From an uncultured Chloroflexia bacterium (GTDB taxonomy: Bacteria > Chloroflexota > Chloroflexia > Thermomicrobiales > UBA6265), in assembly GCA_963724295.1 (NCBI GenBank), contig CAVRUC010000002.1, positions 288,001 through 352,000 on the forward strand: a stretch of 64,000 nucleotides of DNA, written 5' to 3'. The notes below the pieces were generated by a model that was given only the letters and a program-made list of their open reading frames with translations, had not been told where the DNA came from and did no database searches. Numbering within the stretch: position 1 is the stretch's first letter; each line of letters opens with the position of its first letter. Positions 27,021 through 36,738 of this stretch are shown piece by piece. The translations under genes and the position numbers were made by a program.

Positions 27021-29337
27021 GCAGGTCCGACTGGAGCCAGACGTCGTAGATGCGACGGGTCGCCGGAGCGGCGTAGCTGACGCCCTCGCCGACGCTTTCG
27101 AAGATGACCGCCGAGGCAATCTCCGGCTCGCTGCCGTATGGGCCGAACCCGGCAAACCAAGAGTGTGGCTTCGCCGTCGCGCTGCCGTTGCGTTGTGCCG
27201 TCCCCGTCTTGCCGGCGATGGGCCAGGTCATGTCACCGAACACCCGGTACGATCCAGCGCCGTTGGGGTCGCTGGTCTGAGCGCGCAACGCCGCCTGCAA
27301 CGCGGTCAGCGTCTCTTCGGAAATCAGTAACCGGCCGCGCACGACGCGCTCGCCAACCGGCTCCGTCGCCCCGTTCGGATCAACGAGGTCGGAGACGATG
27401 TAGGGCTGAAGAAGATCGCCGCCGTTGGCAATGGCCGCATAGGCGGTCGCGAGTTGCAACGGGGTGACTTGCAGGAAGCCCTGGCCGATGGCGAGGTTGA
27501 TGGCATCACCGGTCGCCCAGTAATCGCCGAAGGTCTCGAGCTTCCACGCCGGATCGGGCGCCGCGCCGGCCGCCTCCGGCAGATAGGGGATGCCGGTCGG
27601 CGATCCCAGCCCAAATGACTTCGCCATCCGCGGCAGGTATTCCGGATCCATCGTGTCGAGGTCACGGCCAATGGCGTAGAAGACGGTGTTGCACGAGTTG
27701 ACGAGCGCCTGATGCAGCGTCATGGGGCCCTGCGCGCCAACCCCGTAAGCGACGGTCCAGTCCTCCCAGACCTGACTGGCCCCTTCGAGCTGAAACGTCG
27801 AGGGGCAGTCGAGCACCGTCTCCGGTGTGTACCCCAGCCCTTCCATCGCCGCGGCAAAGGTGATCGGCTTGAAGGCGGATCCGGTCGGATAGAGTCCCTC
27901 CGCCGCTCGCGACAACAACGGCCGCTGCGCCTCGGATTGCAGCGCCGCTCGATCGCGCGGGGCGAACCCGAGCACGAACCCATTCGGGTCGTAGCTGGGA
28001 ACGCTGGCCAGCGCCAGGACGGCGCCGCTGCGCGGGTCCAGAACAACGGCCGCGCCTCGCATCGTGCCGTTGGAGCGCATCGCGGCGAAGACCTCTGTCT
28101 GAAACGCGCGGTCGATCGTCAATACGACGTCACGCGGCGGAACCGGCTCCCGCGAGGCAATCTCCGATTGCTCGACCCGAGAGTCGCAGTGGACGACGAG
28201 CAGGCGGCCGCCGGGGACTCCAGCCAGGATGTCGTCGGCTCCGGCTTCGATCCCGGCCTGCCCAATGCGCTGGCCCGGGACGAGCGTCGGATCCGCCTCC
28301 AATTGCTCGGCGGTCGGCTCCGAGACGTAGCCTGTGATGTGCGCGGCCTGCTCGCCGAGCGGGTAGACACGCGCCGTTTCCGCCTTGACCGAAACCCCTG
28401 GCAGGCGGGAGATGATGTCGAGCAGGCGCTCGCTCTCCTCCCGTGGGAAATCCATGATTGGGATGAACCAGCTTGGATCGGCGTCCTCGTACCGTTCCTT
28501 GATGGCAGCTTCGTCCATCTTCGTGAGCTCGCTCAGCTCGTGCAGAACGCGCTCCTCGTCCGCGGCGGGGATCAGTCCCGGTACGATCCCGACGCGCTCC
28601 ACCTGTCCGTCATAGGCAAGGGGCTCGCCGTGCCGATCGAGGATCTTGCCGCGTGCGGAGGGCCAACGGTCGACGTCGACGCAGCCGTCATTTCCAAGCT
28701 CGGCAAAGATGGTCGACGGCGTCCAGGCCACCCGCCACCCGTCCTTCTCATGGACCAGCGGCAGGGTGTTCTCCTCGCTGAACTCCCCGGCGATCCCCGA
28801 TTCGAATGTGACGCGAAACGGGACCCGCGGCGCCGCTTTGGCGGTGCCGGTGATCTCGGCTTGCACCGACCGCAGCTCGGCTCGATCGACGATGCCCTGG
28901 TAGCGACTCACGAACTCCTCGAGCGGTATGGTGCGGCGCACGGTCCCCGAGGCCAGGGCGTACATGCCGGCATAGTCGCCCTCGTTCCAGCGTGCGACCC
29001 ACTCGGCGGCGACCTTATCGGCGGACTCTGTCCCCGCGACCGGCGGCGCCGGGCTGACTTCCTCCTCGGCGGCACTGGATTCGGTCGGCACGCTCTCGAC
29101 CGCTGGAGTGGCATTCGCGGCGATCTCGGAGTCCGGAGAGGGCGCTATCTGTGGGGCTGCATTCCTTTGCGGCAGGAGGTCGTTGAGACCGCCCAACGGG
29201 ACAATCCCGGGCCGCATGACCGCCGCGAACACGACAACGCCGATGGCGACGACCAGCGCAAGCACCCACGGCCACCGGGAAGGGGTGGGTTCGTAAAAGA
29301 CTGGAGATTGGCGGTAGCGGCGTGCCACGAGGACCAT
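27013..29337 (-). CDS. Class B penicillin-binding protein (PBP2-like, NTF2/MecA_N domain)
   Basis: RGKILDR; SxxK (GSAFK), SxN (SCN), KTG (GKTGTAQ); start uncertain. Confidence 0.93.
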   Translation of the reverse strand: MVLVARRYRQSPVFYEPTPSRWPWVLALVVAIGVVVFAAVMRPGIVPLGGLNDLLPQRNAAPQIAPSPDSEIAANATPAVESVPTESSAAEEEVSPAPPVAGTESADKVAAEWVARWNEGDYAGMYALASGTVRRTIPLEEFVSRYQGIVDRAELRSVQAEITGTAKAAPRVPFRVTFESGIAGEFSEENTLPLVHEKDGWRVAWTPSTIFAELGNDGCVDVDRWPSARGKILDRHGEPLAYDGQVERVGIVPGLIPAADEERVLHELSELTKMDEAAIKERYEDADPSWFIPIMDFPREESERLLDIISRLPGVSVKAETARVYPLGEQAAHITGYVSEPTAEQLEADPTLVPGQRIGQAGIEAGADDILAGVPGGRLLVVHCDSRVEQSEIASREPVPPRDVVLTIDRAFQTEVFAAMRSNGTMRGAAVVLDPRSGAVLALASVPSYDPNGFVLGFAPRDRAALQSEAQRPLLSRAAEGLYPTGSAFKPITFAAAMEGLGYTPETVLDCPSTFQLEGASQVWEDWTVAYGVGAQGPMTLHQALVNSCNTVFYAIGRDLDTMDPEYLPRMAKSFGLGSPTGIPYLPEAAGAAPDPAWKLETFGDYWATGDAINLAIGQGFLQVTPLQLATAYAAIANGGDLLQPYIVSDLVDPNGATEPVGERVVRGRLLISEETLTALQAALRAQTSDPNGAGSYRVFGDMTWPIAGKTGTAQRNGSATAKPHSWFAGFGPYGSEPEIASAVIFESVGEGVSYAAPATRRIYDVWLQSDLPG

Positions 29338-29691
29338 CCTGGACCGGAAACGAAACCGTGAGCTAGCACATGGACTTTCGGCGGGGCGATGCGGGATTGC
29401 CCGCGGGGGAGCGCGGTTACCCGGACAGCCTCTTCAGCCGGCCGGGCGAGCCGCTACGGGAATGCTGGCACTCGATAGCCTACACGTCAAGCCTAAACAG
29501 AGATGAATAAAACATAATCTGGATAAGCGTGCGATACACCAACCAGGTTCACGTTCTGATTCCGGTTGACCTTCTTGCCCCTCACTCCGGGATGTTGGGG
29601 GAGACGGGCGGGGAGAAGCTGGACGAGGGATCATTCGCCGCAGAGTGGTCGGCCGGGCAGGGCCTGCCTTGGCGCCAGGCCGTCAGCGGGA

Positions 29692-31692
29692 CTATTTCCC
29701 TCGCCCCGAAGCCTGCATGCGAGCAATCTCCTCGACCGCCGCCGGGTTCTCCAAAGCGGTGACATCCCCGGCGGGAAGTCCGAGGTAAGCGGCGCGGATC
29801 ACCCGGCGCATGATCTTGGCATTGCGCGTCTTCGGCAGGTCGCGTACCCAGTGCACCTGTTGTGGCCGCATCGCGGCGCCAAGCTGCGCCGCGATCGTCT
29901 GGCGCACCTCTTCGGCCAGGGCGTCGGTGCCCTCGACTCCCGGTTTCGGCACCACGAAAACCACAATGGCCTCCCCCTTGACCTCATGCGGCACGCCGAT
30001 TGCGGCGGCCTCCTGGACGGCAATGTGCGCCGTCGCCGCCGACTCCACCTCGGCCGGTCCCACCCGTTTCCCTGATACCTTCAAGGTATCGTCCGACCGT
30101 CCGCGGATGAACCACTGGCCGCTATCGTCGATCTCCGCCCAGTCGCCATGCACCCAGACGCCGGGAATGCGACTCCAGTAGGTCTCGAGATAGCGGTCCG
30201 GGTCGCGCCAGAAGCCGCGAGTCATACCCACCCAGGGCTGGCGCACGACCAGCTCCCCAACTTCACCCCGCACCGGATGGCCGGCGTTGTCGGTCACGTC
30301 GGCGTCCATCCCCGGCACCGGGGAATTGAAGCCACAGGGCACGATCGGCCGCAGCGTGACGCAGCCGACGATGCCGCCGCTGGTCTCGGTCCCGCCCGAA
30401 TAGTTGATGATTGGGCAGCGTCCTTCGCCCACCTCCTCGAAGTACCAGCGCCAGGGGCCGGGATTCCACGTCTCGCCGGTCGAGCCGAGAATGCGCAGCG
30501 AGGAGCGGTCGCGCTTTCGCACCCAATCGGTCCCTTTGCCCATCAGGGCGCGGACGGCGGTCGGCGCGACACCGAGGATGGTGACCCGGTGATCCTCGAC
30601 CAGGCGCCAGAGGCGATCGGGGTCCGGATAGTCGGGCGTCCCCTCGAAGAGCATCAGCGTTGCGCCGACGATGAGCCCGCCGCAGATCAGCCAGGGACCC
30701 ATCATCCAGCCAAGATCGGTCAACCAGAAGAGCGTGTCGTCCTGTTGCAGATCGAAACAGGTAGCCAGGTCGTGGGCGGCTTTGACCGGGAAGCCGGCGT
30801 GAACGTGCACCGCCCCCTTCGGACGACCGGTGGTGCCGGAGGTATAGATCAGCATGTACGGCTCGTTGGCGGCGGTCTCGACAGTCTCGAACTCGGCACC
30901 CGCCTCCGGAACGACGTCGTGCCACCAGACGTCCCGGCCGGCAGTCCACGGCACCTCCTCGCCGGTGCGGCGTAGGACGAGGCAGGCGCGCACACCTGGC
31001 GCCTGGGTCATCGCCTCGTCGGCGACCGCCTTCATGGGGACCGTCTTGCCGCGACGGAGAGCGCCATCGACGGTGATGAGCAGACTCGCCTCACCGTCGT
31101 GCAGCCGTGAGCCGAGCGCCTCCGGTCCAAACCCCGAGAACATCGGCAGGAAGATGGCGCCCAGCTTGCCGAGAGCCAGAACCGCGGCCACCGTTTCCGG
31201 CAGCATCGGCATGAACACCCCAACGCGATCCCCCCGCTCGACGCCGAGATCGCGCAGGGCGTTCGCCAGGCGGTTCGTCTCCAGTTGCAGCTCACGGAAG
31301 GTGAGCCGCCGCACCGCGCCATCGTCCGCTTCCCAGATCAGCGCGGTGCGGTCGCCTCCGGGTCCCGCTGCGTGCCGGTCGAGGGCGCTGGTGACGTAGT
31401 TGAAACCGCCGCCGGTGAACCACTCCGCCCAGGGCGCGCCGCGAGAGAGATCGAGCACCCGCTCGTAGGGGCGGCTCCATATGAGAGCCAGATCCTCTGC
31501 GACCGACTCCCAGTACCAGGCCGGGTCGGCCGTGGCGCGTATCAGCAAGTCGTCGTAGGCCGCGATGTCGTGGCGCGCCATGAACCGGCGCAGGCGCGAG
31601 CGATCGAGATACGCCTGACTCGGCGTCCAGGCGACGTCTGCATCGTTCGCCGCTCCCGTTCCAGCCAGATTCTTGGTAACGACACCCGACAT
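29692..31692 (-). CDS. Acetate-CoA ligase-like AMP-binding enzyme
   Basis: YTSGTTGRPKG, GRSDD, PKTRNAKIMRR. Confidence 0.93.
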   Translation of the reverse strand: MSGVVTKNLAGTGAANDADVAWTPSQAYLDRSRLRRFMARHDIAAYDDLLIRATADPAWYWESVAEDLALIWSRPYERVLDLSRGAPWAEWFTGGGFNYVTSALDRHAAGPGGDRTALIWEADDGAVRRLTFRELQLETNRLANALRDLGVERGDRVGVFMPMLPETVAAVLALGKLGAIFLPMFSGFGPEALGSRLHDGEASLLITVDGALRRGKTVPMKAVADEAMTQAPGVRACLVLRRTGEEVPWTAGRDVWWHDVVPEAGAEFETVETAANEPYMLIYTSGTTGRPKGAVHVHAGFPVKAAHDLATCFDLQQDDTLFWLTDLGWMMGPWLICGGLIVGATLMLFEGTPDYPDPDRLWRLVEDHRVTILGVAPTAVRALMGKGTDWVRKRDRSSLRILGSTGETWNPGPWRWYFEEVGEGRCPIINYSGGTETSGGIVGCVTLRPIVPCGFNSPVPGMDADVTDNAGHPVRGEVGELVVRQPWVGMTRGFWRDPDRYLETYWSRIPGVWVHGDWAEIDDSGQWFIRGRSDDTLKVSGKRVGPAEVESAATAHIAVQEAAAIGVPHEVKGEAIVVFVVPKPGVEGTDALAEEVRQTIAAQLGAAMRPQQVHWVRDLPKTRNAKIMRRVIRAAYLGLPAGDVTALENPAAVEEIARMQASGRGK

Positions 31693-31835
31693 GCTCGACT
31701 CCGACGAACTCGACCGATGCCCGAACCGGCCGCCCGATTGTTGCCGCGGCCTCGCCGCGGGTCAAGCGTTGTCGAACGAACTGCAGGGCATTCCTTGTCC
31801 CTCCCGTGCCCTCAGCGCCGCCCTTCTCACGAACG

Positions 31836-31897
31836 CCCCTCATCCCCAGCCCTTCTCCCCTCGGAGCGGGGAGAAGGGAGAACGCGCGGCAGAGCAG
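31836..31897. repeat. CCCTCATCCCC-type palindromic repeat, copy 1
   Basis: Reverse complement of 34848-34909 (60/62 identical); a related element follows at 31903-31941. Confidence 0.85.
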
Positions 31898-32073
31898 CGA
31901 GCCCCTCGCCCAGCGCACTGGGAGAGGGGTTGGGGTGAGGGTTGAGGAGGTTGGGGGTGAGGGCGTTGGGGTTGGGGTGAGGGAGGCATAGGAAATGTCG
32001 GAGCATCCTCGGTAGGTGAAACTGATACCAGCCAACCAAGCCACTATGCTTTGTGGTCATTGAGGAGCATTCG

Positions 32074-32928
32074 ATGGCCTGGAAACGTCTCTTTGGTAAG
32101 CAGACGAACACCGACTCGTCGCCGGCCTCGGCGGCAACACCGGAACCTGATGACAGTGGGGTCATGCGTCGCCGGCCTCCCGCCGCCGATCCCGCTATGC
32201 AGAGCCGTCTCGACACATTGCGCCAGCGCCGGGACATGGCCGCGTACGACCTGGAGCGGGCGCTGTCGGCACGGCAGCCTGAGAATCCCTGGCGCGAGCG
32301 CATGGAATTGCTCGACCACTCGTTGGCGACGATCGAAGACGATCTGCGTGCGCTCGATGCGACCCCGTCGCTGCCTGTTATTCCGCTTCCCGAGACGCCG
32401 ATCACGGACATTGAGGTCCGGCTGGAGGAGCCGGTCAGCGTCGCCTTCACGATCGGACCGGAACGATTTCGCTGGGACGAGGAGATCGACTGGGATCAGC
32501 GCGGCGGTCCTGTCGTGCGCGGGCAGGTCGTGCAGCGCTCCGGAAACGCCGCTGCGCTCGTGCCGCCCGAGGTCCCCGAGGAGCGACGGGGAGACCTGGA
32601 GCGGCATCTCGCCGAGAGCGCGGCGGTCTTTGCGCTCGACCTACGCGACCGCGCCCTCGAAGGCGAGCCCCTACCCGAGCGGCCGACGCTGGCCGATCTC
32701 GCTCGCCCCTGCCCCGTCTGCGGGGACTGGCTCGACTGGCGCGGCCATTGCGACACCTGCGCCACGCGCGCCTACCGCCGCCAGACGCTTCGCGCCGAAG
32801 CGGCGCGCCTGGCCCAGGAGCGGGACGACGAGGAGGAAGACCGCCACAAGTGGTCGGAGCGATTTCCGGTCGCCCGCAAGCGCCTCGCCGATCTCGACGC
32901 CGACATCGCCCGGCTCGAAGCCCGCTGA
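32074..32928 (+). CDS. Hypothetical coiled-coil protein with CxxC-x9-CxxC zinc ribbon
   Basis: GAGGAG RBS; CPVCGDWLDWRGHCDTC. Confidence 0.8.
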   Translation: MAWKRLFGKQTNTDSSPASAATPEPDDSGVMRRRPPAADPAMQSRLDTLRQRRDMAAYDLERALSARQPENPWRERMELLDHSLATIEDDLRALDATPSLPVIPLPETPITDIEVRLEEPVSVAFTIGPERFRWDEEIDWDQRGGPVVRGQVVQRSGNAAALVPPEVPEERRGDLERHLAESAAVFALDLRDRALEGEPLPERPTLADLARPCPVCGDWLDWRGHCDTCATRAYRRQTLRAEAARLAQERDDEEEDRHKWSERFPVARKRLADLDADIARLEAR

Positions 32929-32959
32929 TCGAACGCTTCGCGCGCGGACCCTTACCCCA

Positions 32960-33313
32960 TCACAGGTCGGCCGGCAGCGTGGCGACGCCGGCGGCGGTCA
33001 TGCGATCTTCGCGCAACAGCCTTCGCGCGATCTCCCGGTTCGTTGGCGACCAGTTCGATCCCGGACGTCGGGAGACGAAGCGGATCGCGTAGCGCTCGTC
33101 ATCGATGCTCTTGGTCTGGGTATCGACCCAGCCGTGACACAGTGCCGTCTCGAGCAGCTCGTCGAAGGTCACGGTCTGTTTTCCGGACGCCTTCTTGAAC
33201 GTGCAGATGGCGACGATCAGCTCCCGCTCCGTCGCACCGTGGTCCCGTAACCAGCGATCGAGCTCACCTGCCGTCGAGAATGGCGTGGCCCGGGAGACGT
33301 CGAGCGGACTCAC
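32960..33313 (-). CDS. YdeI/OmpD-associated family protein (short form)
   Basis: ALCHGWVD...RFVSRRPGSNWS...RMTAAG. Confidence 0.85.
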   Translation of the reverse strand: MSPLDVSRATPFSTAGELDRWLRDHGATERELIVAICTFKKASGKQTVTFDELLETALCHGWVDTQTKSIDDERYAIRFVSRRPGSNWSPTNREIARRLLREDRMTAAGVATLPADL

Positions 33314-33465
33314 GTTCCCTCCCCACAGCGAAGCTCCGTGCCATCGGAACGGGTACCGTCAAACTCCGCCGAGAGCCCGTTATGAACTTGGGAGCAGGCG
33401 CGCGAGACGGCGACCCAGTCCCGCAGGCCATACCCCAGCGGCGTCACAGGTGCGAGGTGAGCCGC

Positions 33466-33897
33466 TTACGTACCCTGCTGTGCGGCCAGTTGCGCTCGCA
33501 ACCGCTCATCCTGCTCTCGCAGCTCGGGTGTGAATTCCTCACCGAAGTCCTCGGCCTCGAAGATCGGCCGGATTTCGATCTCGGACTCGCCGCTCATTGG
33601 GTTGGGACAGCGCTTGACCCACTCGATCGCCTCGTCGAGCGACTCCACCTGCCAGATCCAATAGCCGGCGATCAACTCCTTCGTCTCTACGAAGGGACCA
33701 TCGATCACCGTCCGCTGCGATCCGGAGAAGCGAACGCGAGCCCCTTCCGAGCTCGGCTTCAGCCCATCACCGTCCAGCATCACGCCGGCCTTGACCAATT
33801 CCTCGTTGAAGGCGCCCATCTCCCTGAGCAGCTGTTCGCTGGGCATCACGCCCGCTTCGGACTCCTCGTTGGCCTTGATGATCACCATCACGCGCAT
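33466..33897 (-). CDS. YciI/DGPF family protein
   Basis: DGPFVETKELIAGYW. Confidence 0.92.
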   Translation of the reverse strand: MRVMVIIKANEESEAGVMPSEQLLREMGAFNEELVKAGVMLDGDGLKPSSEGARVRFSGSQRTVIDGPFVETKELIAGYWIWQVESLDEAIEWVKRCPNPMSGESEIEIRPIFEAEDFGEEFTPELREQDERLRAQLAAQQGT

Positions 33898-34071
33898 CGT
33901 CGATTCTCCTTCGCGTTCTCTCCGTGAGCCGGGCGGCAAAGACCCACGTTGGATCTCATCCCGCTCTCTGTCATTGTCGAACGCGATCCTACGCAATCGA
34001 CATGGAGCCCGGGGCGTTGTTCCGCCGCCCGCTCGAGCTCCGATCACCCCCGCCGAAAGACGAGCGCCGGT

Positions 34072-34758
34072 TCAGGGTGTCTCGGGGCACTCCGGCGCTT
34101 CTCCGTCGCGATCGAGCACCTCACCCGTCCCGGCGTCGATACGGAGCAGCAACCCATGCTTTTCCAGAACGCGCGTGTCCTCGTAGACGATCACCCAGTG
34201 GAGTGGCCAATCGGTGCGTCCGGCCGCGACCGGGAACGTCCGGGTAAGATGCCGGAACTGAGGGCACTCCCGCCGAAAGGCGGTGCCCCCCGCCTCCTCG
34301 GCGCGCAACGTCGCCTCGGTCGAGTCGATCGCCGCCGGAGGCGGTGGCGGCCGGAACTCGGGAGCCTGCTCCCAGCCTTCCGTCTCCTGGGTCACGATCG
34401 CCCCCGTCAGGCGCTCGATGACGACGCCGAGGAACGCCCCGCCGGGAGACCGCCCTGGCGGGTCCCATGGCGCGACGAAGGCGTAGGTCAGCCAGCCCGT
34501 GCCTGGTATCGCGGTCGGCGACCCTGACGGCACGCTCCACGGCCAATCGACCTGCATCGAGGCGTTGAGCAGGATGGCGCCGGGCAGCCAGGCATCAGCC
34601 TGGGCCTGGGCCAGGGGTAGGGCGCTCTCATACGTGGCGCCGCTGCCCGCAAGGGGCGCGGTCTCTGCCGGTAACGGCGGCAACGCCGGTCGGTCGGGGG
34701 TCCAGACCCAGACGCCGAGGGCAATAGCCGCCAGCAGCAGCTGCACGCCGAGCAACAC
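34072..34758 (-). CDS. Hypothetical membrane-anchored/secreted protein (start uncertain)
   Basis: N-terminal TM; two PepSY-like ends (IERLTGAIV, IDAGTGEVL). Confidence 0.65.
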   Translation of the reverse strand: MLLGVQLLLAAIALGVWVWTPDRPALPPLPAETAPLAGSGATYESALPLAQAQADAWLPGAILLNASMQVDWPWSVPSGSPTAIPGTGWLTYAFVAPWDPPGRSPGGAFLGVVIERLTGAIVTQETEGWEQAPEFRPPPPPAAIDSTEATLRAEEAGGTAFRRECPQFRHLTRTFPVAAGRTDWPLHWVIVYEDTRVLEKHGLLLRIDAGTGEVLDRDGEAPECPETP

Positions 34759-34847
34759 CGCAATTGCTTTACGCCGTCCCTCGCGCCTCTGCGCGCCACC
34801 CGCAGTGCATGGACAGCCAGCCCATCGGACTCGGGAGAAGAAGTTGC

Positions 34848-34909
34848 CTGCTCTGCTGCGCTTTCTCCCTTCTCCCCGCTCCGAGGGGAGAAGGGCTGGG
34901 GATGAGGGG
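34848..34909. repeat. CCCTCATCCCC-type palindromic repeat, copy 2 (inverted)
   Basis: Inverted copy of 31836-31897. Confidence 0.85.
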
Positions 34910-34924
34910 AATCCGCTGTCTGAT

Positions 34925-35251
34925 TCATTCCCATGAGAGGTTGCGCACCGCGTAAGGTGCGGAGCGGGGCAGCGCTCCTGGCTCATCCGGATCGTCGGCC
35001 GCGGGGAGATCGCCGGCGCCGATTGCCTCCCAACCGCGTTCGGCCAGCGTCGTCCCGATCGTCTCCTGCGTCCACTGATCGGCATGCCAGACCAGGTCGG
35101 CGAACGCGTCGACACCGCGCACGGGCGCGAGGATCTCTTCCCGCACTGTCTCGATTCGGGTTCCGGTGTCGAGCCACACCACGAGCCGCAAGAGCGTTCG
35201 CCCTTCGCTGACGATTGGGGTCACCACGCCTTCGACACGGCCAAATCGCAC
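34925..35251 (-). CDS. Hypothetical protein
   Basis: 108 aa, coding-like, directly after the MFS gene. Confidence 0.7.
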   Translation of the reverse strand: MRFGRVEGVVTPIVSEGRTLLRLVVWLDTGTRIETVREEILAPVRGVDAFADLVWHADQWTQETIGTTLAERGWEAIGAGDLPAADDPDEPGALPRSAPYAVRNLSWE

Positions 35252-35258
35252 GATACGC

Positions 35259-36500
35259 TCACCGCCGGACGGCGCTCGGCGCCGGGATGTCGACCCGGGT
35301 CGCGCCCGGATCGACGGTCGACTCGCGCGCGGTCGTGCTGCTGGTCGGGATCGTCAGGGCGACGAGGGCTCCGAGCGCCAGCAGCACGGTGAGACTGGCC
35401 AGCGCCACCTGCATGCCGAAGAGGTCGGCGATGCGGCCGGTAATCGGCACCCCAATGCCGCCCGTGACGAAGCCGAGACCGAGGATGACCCCGGACGCCA
35501 CGCCGATCCGGCCTGGAACCAACCGCTGCGCCATGACCAGCGTAATCGAGAGCGATGCGTCGCAGAAGAACCCGAAGAGCGCCGCCAGAAACAGCCCGTG
35601 GGGACCAGGGAAGGCGACGTAGAGCAGGAGCGCCGGGATCGTCAGCAAAAGCGTCGACACGATCACCCGGCGCTGGCCGATGCGGTCGGCGAAACCACCG
35701 CCAAGGAGGGTGCCGGCCGCTCCGGCGAGGATGATCGCCGCCGCCAGCGAGCCGTAGAACGCCTGGCTGAAACCGAGCTCGGAGTACCAGATGGGACTCA
35801 GCTGCAAGACGGAGAGGAAGACCCACGAGCGCAGCATGGTCACCAGGATGACGCGCGACAGCGCTCCCCAGTCCGACGATGCCCGCAGCGCGCGAGTGGT
35901 GGCCGCCCTCGCCTCGCGAGCCCGCTCCACGAGCCGCATCTGGGGCCAGATCAGCGTCGCGGCGGTAAACCCCGGAACCAGGAGGCCGAGCGTGCCGCGC
36001 GGGCCGAAGGCGCCAAGTAGCAGCGAACCGACGATCGGACCCAGCCCGTAGCCGATCCCCCCCGCCACCGTGTACAAGGACATCGCCGAGTTCCGGTGCT
36101 CATCCTGGGAGACCGCCGCCGCGTTCGAAGCCCCCAGCGGGTGGAAAGCGCCGGACCCGATCCCGGCCAGAGCGGCAAGCGCGATGAAGGCTAGGTAGCT
36201 GGTCACGAAGCCGTAGCACGCCGCGCAGAGCGCGCCCCAGATCAGGGTGGCGGGCACGAACCAGCGCCGGCCGTGGGTATCGGAGAAGTAGCCGAAGAGC
36301 GGTTGTGTCAGGGACGACGTGGCCGTGAAGGCGAGCGTCACCAGTCCGAGCTGGGCATTGGTGAGCCCGTACTGGAGTTTCATGCTCGGGAAGAGCACCG
36401 GCAGGACGCCGCCCAGCATATCGTTCGAGAAGTGACCGAGCATGAGGACGACCAGCGCCCGGCTTCTCACGATCTGCAATAGCGAGGTCACCGTCTGCAC
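35259..36500 (-). CDS. MFS transporter (Fsr-like)
   Basis: HFSND, QPLFGYFSD, GSGAFHP. Confidence 0.9.
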   Translation of the reverse strand: MQTVTSLLQIVRSRALVVLMLGHFSNDMLGGVLPVLFPSMKLQYGLTNAQLGLVTLAFTATSSLTQPLFGYFSDTHGRRWFVPATLIWGALCAACYGFVTSYLAFIALAALAGIGSGAFHPLGASNAAAVSQDEHRNSAMSLYTVAGGIGYGLGPIVGSLLLGAFGPRGTLGLLVPGFTAATLIWPQMRLVERAREARAATTRALRASSDWGALSRVILVTMLRSWVFLSVLQLSPIWYSELGFSQAFYGSLAAAIILAGAAGTLLGGGFADRIGQRRVIVSTLLLTIPALLLYVAFPGPHGLFLAALFGFFCDASLSITLVMAQRLVPGRIGVASGVILGLGFVTGGIGVPITGRIADLFGMQVALASLTVLLALGALVALTIPTSSTTARESTVDPGATRVDIPAPSAVRR

Positions 36501-36738
36501 GCGCTCCGTACCGCCCTGGATGCCGGCCCTTGTTCTGGCCGGAGAATGATCGCACCTTCCAACCCGTGTGGTCGTCCCATGGCGGGGCGCCGCCGATCCC
36601 GTTGACACGATCTTGCCCCGACTCGTAGCATCCCGGCATCCCCTGCGGAACCCCGAACACTCTCGCGCGTTGTATCCGGATGGACGCCCCGGAGCGCCTG
36701 TACGTACACACGGACAGGGTCGCCATGGAGACTGATAG

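Noticed and set aside
29590..29700. Fragment resembling the tail of LuxR/ATPase regulators (EGSFAAEWSAGQGL)
   Set aside because: Too short and degenerate to call
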